64,000 bases of DNA. Origin: Sporopachydermia quercuum. Lineage: Eukaryota. Each line of letters opens with the position of its first letter. Positions within the stretch are counted from its first letter, which is position 1. Below are positions 59,736 to 64,000 of the stretch, piece by piece. The position numbers were made by a program, and so were the translations under genes. The notes beneath the pieces are model-generated. The model did no database searches. It was not told the DNA's origin and saw only the letters and a program-made list of their open reading frames with translations. The stretch is taken from contig BCGN01000006.1 of NCBI GenBank assembly GCA_001599295.1, positions 682,001 to 746,000 on the forward strand, read 5' to 3'.

Positions 59736-60910
59736 TGTTTAATGGTGTAATAGTGATAATACTATATCTTTTCAAGATCGATATAAGAAAAATCAATGAA
59801 ATAAGAGGTATCCCACTCGAAGTATTGGATCAAAAAAGCAATTTATTCATCATAAGTAATTTTCCCCCTCTTTAGCATCAATAAAGATTTCACTGTTGCA
59901 AAGTCAACACTTCAGGGGTAGCATAGATTATGAGCCAGTGGCCGGTGGGTCATAGTCGATACCTATTTCTGTTCTTAAACTACCAACTCCATCCTATTTC
60001 CATCAAAGACTACAGAGAACCATTTGATTAACTAAATGTGCTATTATTTCACCTCTCAATACACAACAAGCTGTCACGTTAGTGACACAGGTACATCAGA
60101 TAACATAGTACAATACCATGATACCAATTCATTGTATGTCAGTATGGATGAAAGTCCACGTAGATAGGTTGAAATTGAGTTGTGAGAGCTCAAGAAGCTA
60201 AAATATTTTGGTAAAAATACATTTTTGATCCTGATATATGCTCCTCAAAGAGTTTGATACTATATGCGTAGATTCTATCAATTGAAAACAGGTTGTAGTA
60301 TCAAGTATACAGATAGAAATCTAGTGAGCTACGAATGAAAACTATTGACATATATATGTGGTGACAGAAACACGATGTCTAGCTCCTGCTCTCTTGGTTG
60401 TTTCCGTCGTCGTTTCTTTAAATAGTTGATTATGATTATCATGGCAACGCCTCTGTAAAATAGTTATGGGTTAATCTAGCGCACGTGCGTTTCTTATCAA
60501 AATAGTTACTTGTTTTGGAATTCCTTCCTTCTGATTACATTGTTTCTAGAAGCATGTTACCTTTCTGGAATATTTTCCTATCTTTCTACAAACTCGTTGG
60601 CGCGTGACACAGGGTGGCTTCAGTATCTAACATTACCCTAGAAAATCTCATCTCCGTCGCATTCCGGCGGGTACCGTTACCGTCAATAGCCGAAACTTTA
60701 GTTTTGAAATTGAAGGAAAACGAATAATCATTTACTATTTATTGTGTTTCATTTTTCTATCCCTTTTTCTTTTATTTTTTTTACTGATATTAAAGATAGT
60801 GAACTGGTTCAAACAGAAGACAAAAAACATAACCTTTTGGCTGAGGAGCAGCTAAACTTTTAGAGCATATAACACTAATAGACAATAGAGAATCGCCAGA
60901 TATTTATTCT

Positions 60911-62065
60911 ATGGCGAAGTTTGCAGCTCTTTTTTCTTTTATTTCCTCTTCTTTTTTTGAAATACTTGAAAGTAAACACACTCCTAGAACAGACATACTC
61001 TTTGCTGCTGGCTCGTATTATTGGACTTCAAAAGAAGGTGTCTCACCGTCCATAACGATTGATGGCTCAAGCTTTGACACCGAACCTGAACTTCAGATTG
61101 TTCCAAAAAGAACGAATCAGTTCAAGTTTCCAGGTTTTATTTGTAAAGTAAACAGGATTCAAGAATTCAAAGAATTCGACCGATCAAAGTTAGTAGAAGA
61201 AGTGTTGAGATCAACACTAATCGACCCGTTAGAGAACAATATTAATGAGATTCTGAACGATCCTTCGAAGCTCAATATATTCCTTTTGCTTGTATTCTGT
61301 GATCTGAAGAAGTTCAAGTACTATTACTGGTTTGCGTTTCCTACGCTTGCTACTAAATGGACGTTGGAGGTGCTTCATAAATCAACATATAGTCTTGATA
61401 TTCATGATGGCCCTCTGGCAAATACAATCCGACAATATTTGGTGGATATGACTAGTATTGATGTACGGCAGAAAGGTTTTTTTCTGATACGTGAAAGTTT
61501 ATTTGGTAATGAGAGAGGTGAATGGGAGGTATCTCCATTGAATGAATTCACTGATGACTACTGGAAGGAAGAAACACCAATAGTAGGATTCATTGATTCA
61601 AGCACTATTCCTAATGCGCCATCATGGCAACTGAGGAATTTCTTGACACTATTAGTATATTTGGGGATCCAATCAGTAAACATTGTATGCTTCCGTGATG
61701 TAATTGATACGCAGCATGCTGGTGATCCCAAAACAATTGTTTTAGAGGCAAGATTGAACGAACCTGAAGATTCATATAATACAGGGAATGGGCTAGGAAA
61801 GGTTATACAGGGATGGGAAAAAACACATGATGGAAAATTGAGACCCAAAGCAGTTGATCTAGGAAAGCTCCTTGATCCCATTCGGCAAGCCGAGACAGGA
61901 ACCACATCCTTCTACAGAAGGAATAATTTGTATTTAAAAGCAAAGAATTTCTGGACGAGAATTTATCGGGTGTTTCTTAACAATTCAAATTCTTTGGTGG
62001 AAGAGACAAAAAATTCTCTTTTTTTGTTGCCAAGTATCCCTGATACATTTGGTGAACAGTATTAA
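60911..62065 (+). CDS. Atg7 N-terminal-domain-only paralog (384 aa, no adenylation domain or catalytic Cys domain)
   Basis: N.IQEFKEFDR, DLKKFKYYYWFAFP, FIDSST..NAPSWQLRNFL, GWEK...GKLRPKAVDL...LDP, then an unrelated 56-aa tail; uninterrupted ORF. Confidence 0.85.
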   Translation: MAKFAALFSFISSSFFEILESKHTPRTDILFAAGSYYWTSKEGVSPSITIDGSSFDTEPELQIVPKRTNQFKFPGFICKVNRIQEFKEFDRSKLVEEVLRSTLIDPLENNINEILNDPSKLNIFLLLVFCDLKKFKYYYWFAFPTLATKWTLEVLHKSTYSLDIHDGPLANTIRQYLVDMTSIDVRQKGFFLIRESLFGNERGEWEVSPLNEFTDDYWKEETPIVGFIDSSTIPNAPSWQLRNFLTLLVYLGIQSVNIVCFRDVIDTQHAGDPKTIVLEARLNEPEDSYNTGNGLGKVIQGWEKTHDGKLRPKAVDLGKLLDPIRQAETGTTSFYRRNNLYLKAKNFWTRIYRVFLNNSNSLVEETKNSLFLLPSIPDTFGEQY

Positions 62066-63707
62066 GCTGTTTCATAGCAATTTAATGTTTTTTCTCTTTC
62101 TTAATGAGTATCTTATTTTCTTATCGTCCTGCATGCCTCACATACCAACGGTTTACGTATTCCCAATGGACAACATCTAGCATAATGCAAATCTTACAGA
62201 TAGAAATGGCGAACATCCATTATATATTCACTTCTTGTTACTCGAATTTATTAAATAAAAGATTTAAGTCATGATTTCCATTCTTTGGTGTTCCAGAGAT
62301 AAGCCGTAGCTGAATGCTTATCATCACGTGCGTGTTGGTTACCTAACTAGGCTGTTCCGGTCATTTAGTACTCACACACACTCCTCGTTTCTTTGGCAGT
62401 TAGTTATCTTCGAGCACAAATGGACCACAGTTGTACTCCCACATAATCAAGGAACAAACAGAAGTATTAGACAGCTCATATCTATGTTATTAGATAAAAC
62501 TGATTATCAGCGGAAATATAATGCCTAAAGGAAAAGCGTAGGNGTACACGGTAAAACAAGTAAGCGAGTTAAACTGGGCACGCAATCATCATTGTGTCTC
62601 TGAAAGTCTAGGAATCTCATTGATACACCAGCAAACCAATCAGTATTGACATCAACAGTTTGGAAAAGAAGCAAACTGCTGGTGACAAATAATGGAGACC
62701 AAGATATCGGATCAAGTGAAGTATGCTCCTATTTTCTCTTATGCTACCGCACCATTTTTCTCAAAATTGTCATCGAAAAAACTAAATGAATTCAAACTGA
62801 AATCTTCATTGATTCCTATTACCGGCAACTATAACTGCCCAATAACCAGCGACTCGAGTCCTTCTATCACTTTGGATGGCAATAGTTTTGAAAATGATCT
62901 NGGTGTTGAGTTTTGGAGGGAAAATTTCAATCTACTCTCATTCTCGGGGTCTGTTTACGTAGTAAACACAATTGANGAATTCAAAGAATTCGACCGGTCA
63001 AAGTTAGTAGAAGAAGTGTTGAGATCAACACTAATCGACCCGTTAGAGAACAATATTAATGAGATTCTGAACGATCCTTCGAAGCTCAATATATTCCTTT
63101 TGCTTGTATTCTGTGATCTGAAGAAGTTCAAGTACTATTACTGGTTTGCGTTTCCTACGCTTGCTACTAAATGGACGTTGGAGGTGCTTCATAAATCAAC
63201 ATATAGTCTTGATATTCATGATGGCCCTCTGGCAAATACAATCCGACAATATTTGGTGGATATGACTAGTATTGATGTACGGCAGAAAGGTTTTTTTCTG
63301 ATACGTGAAAGTTTATTTGGTAATGAGAGAGGTGAATGGGAGGTATCTCCATTGAATGAATTCACTGATGACTACTGGAAGGAAGAAACACCAATAGTAG
63401 GATTCATTGATTCAAGCACTATTCCTAATGCGCCATCATGGCAACTGAGGAATTTCTTGACACTATTAGTATATTTGGGGATCCAATCAGTAAACATTGT
63501 ATGCTTCCGTGATGTAATTGATACGCAGCATGCTGGTGATCCCAAAACAATTGTTTTAGAGGCAAGATTGAATGAACCTGAAGATTCGTACAATACAGGG
63601 AATGGGCTAGGAAAGGTTATACAGGGATGGGAAAAAACACATGATGGAAAATTGAGACCCAAAGCAGTTGATCTAGGAAAGCTCCTTGATCCCATTCAGC
63701 AAGCCGA
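61163..63707 (+). repeat. 731-bp direct repeat (61163-61893 and 62977-63707, offset 1814) shared by the two ATG7 copies
   Basis: By-eye alignment shows 5 substitutions and no indels. Confidence 0.95.
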
Positions 63708-64000
63708 AGAAGCTTCAGAGCTGAATGTGAAACTAATGAAATGGAGAATGGCTCCTGAATTAAAGCTAGATGATATATTCTCCAGGAAGTGTCTCTTGTT
63801 AGGAGCAGGAACTTTGGGTTGTAATGTGGCCCGTAATCTTTTGGCTTGGGGTGTGAAACATATTACCTTTGTTGATAATGGAAATGTAAGTTTTTCTAAC
63901 CCTGTTCGTCAGTCATTATTTACCTTTGATGATAGTGTACATGGTGCACCCAAAGCTNAGGCTGCTGCTGAAATGTTGAAGAAGATTTTGCCTACTGTAA
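62692..64000 (+). CDS. ATG7: Autophagy E1-like enzyme Atg7; 5' part only, runs off the right edge
   Basis: Manual translation: METKISDQVKYAPIFS..PFFSKLSSKKLNEFKL, N-terminal domain, then LNVKLMKWRMAPEL, KCLLLGAGTLGCNVARNLLAWGVKHITFVDNGNVSFSNPVRQSLF. Confidence 0.95.
   Translation, partial: METKISDQVKYAPIFSYATAPFFSKLSSKKLNEFKLKSSLIPITGNYNCPITSDSSPSITLDGNSFENDXGVEFWRENFNLLSFSGSVYVVNTIXEFKEFDRSKLVEEVLRSTLIDPLENNINEILNDPSKLNIFLLLVFCDLKKFKYYYWFAFPTLATKWTLEVLHKSTYSLDIHDGPLANTIRQYLVDMTSIDVRQKGFFLIRESLFGNERGEWEVSPLNEFTDDYWKEETPIVGFIDSSTIPNAPSWQLRNFLTLLVYLGIQSVNIVCFRDVIDTQHAGDPKTIVLEARLNEPEDSYNTGNGLGKVIQGWEKTHDGKLRPKAVDLGKLLDPIQQAEEASELNVKLMKWRMAPELKLDDIFSRKCLLLGAGTLGCNVARNLLAWGVKHITFVDNGNVSFSNPVRQSLFTFDDSVHGAPKAXAAAEMLKKILPTV

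Noticed and set aside
61558..63695. Two near-identical minus-strand ORFs (61558-61905 and 63372-63695)
   Set aside because: Antisense shadows of the duplicated ATG7 segment.
1..64000. Scattered single N bases as possible frameshifts or editing sites
   Set aside because: Reading frames continue through them; they are best explained as ambiguous or heterozygous base calls.

Overview
Eukaryotic, AT-rich budding-yeast (Saccharomycotina) chromosomal DNA, with CTG read as Leu and scattered single N calls. It holds 23 protein-coding loci: ROT2 (partial), TSC10, MIC12, UTP11, AIP1, UTP15, SLD2, ATP25, KTI12, MTG1, a Hap4-like factor, ERB1, MAK11, FRE8, RPS0, RSM27, GPI1, a Zn2Cys6 factor, MEP2, MSC2, a Gyp6/TBC1D5-like Rab GAP, an ATG7 N-terminal-domain-only paralog and ATG7 (partial). 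I reconstructed 11 spliceosomal introns that the ORF track misses. The most striking element is a tandem ATG7 pair. The upstream copy is an intact 384-aa ORF that encodes only the E2-binding N-terminal domain. It has an anciently diverged 5' end, a 731-bp core almost identical to ATG7, and a private 56-aa tail in place of the catalytic domains. Also notable: a HAP4-syntenic, bZIP-less Hap4L protein with a HapX-type CGFC-x5-CxC motif preceded by three tightly stacked uORFs; a multi-stem structure in the MIC12 intron; and a decayed Mutator-like transposase. Gene names come from recalled family motifs and gene order, not from database searches. No tRNA, rRNA or CRISPR array was found.
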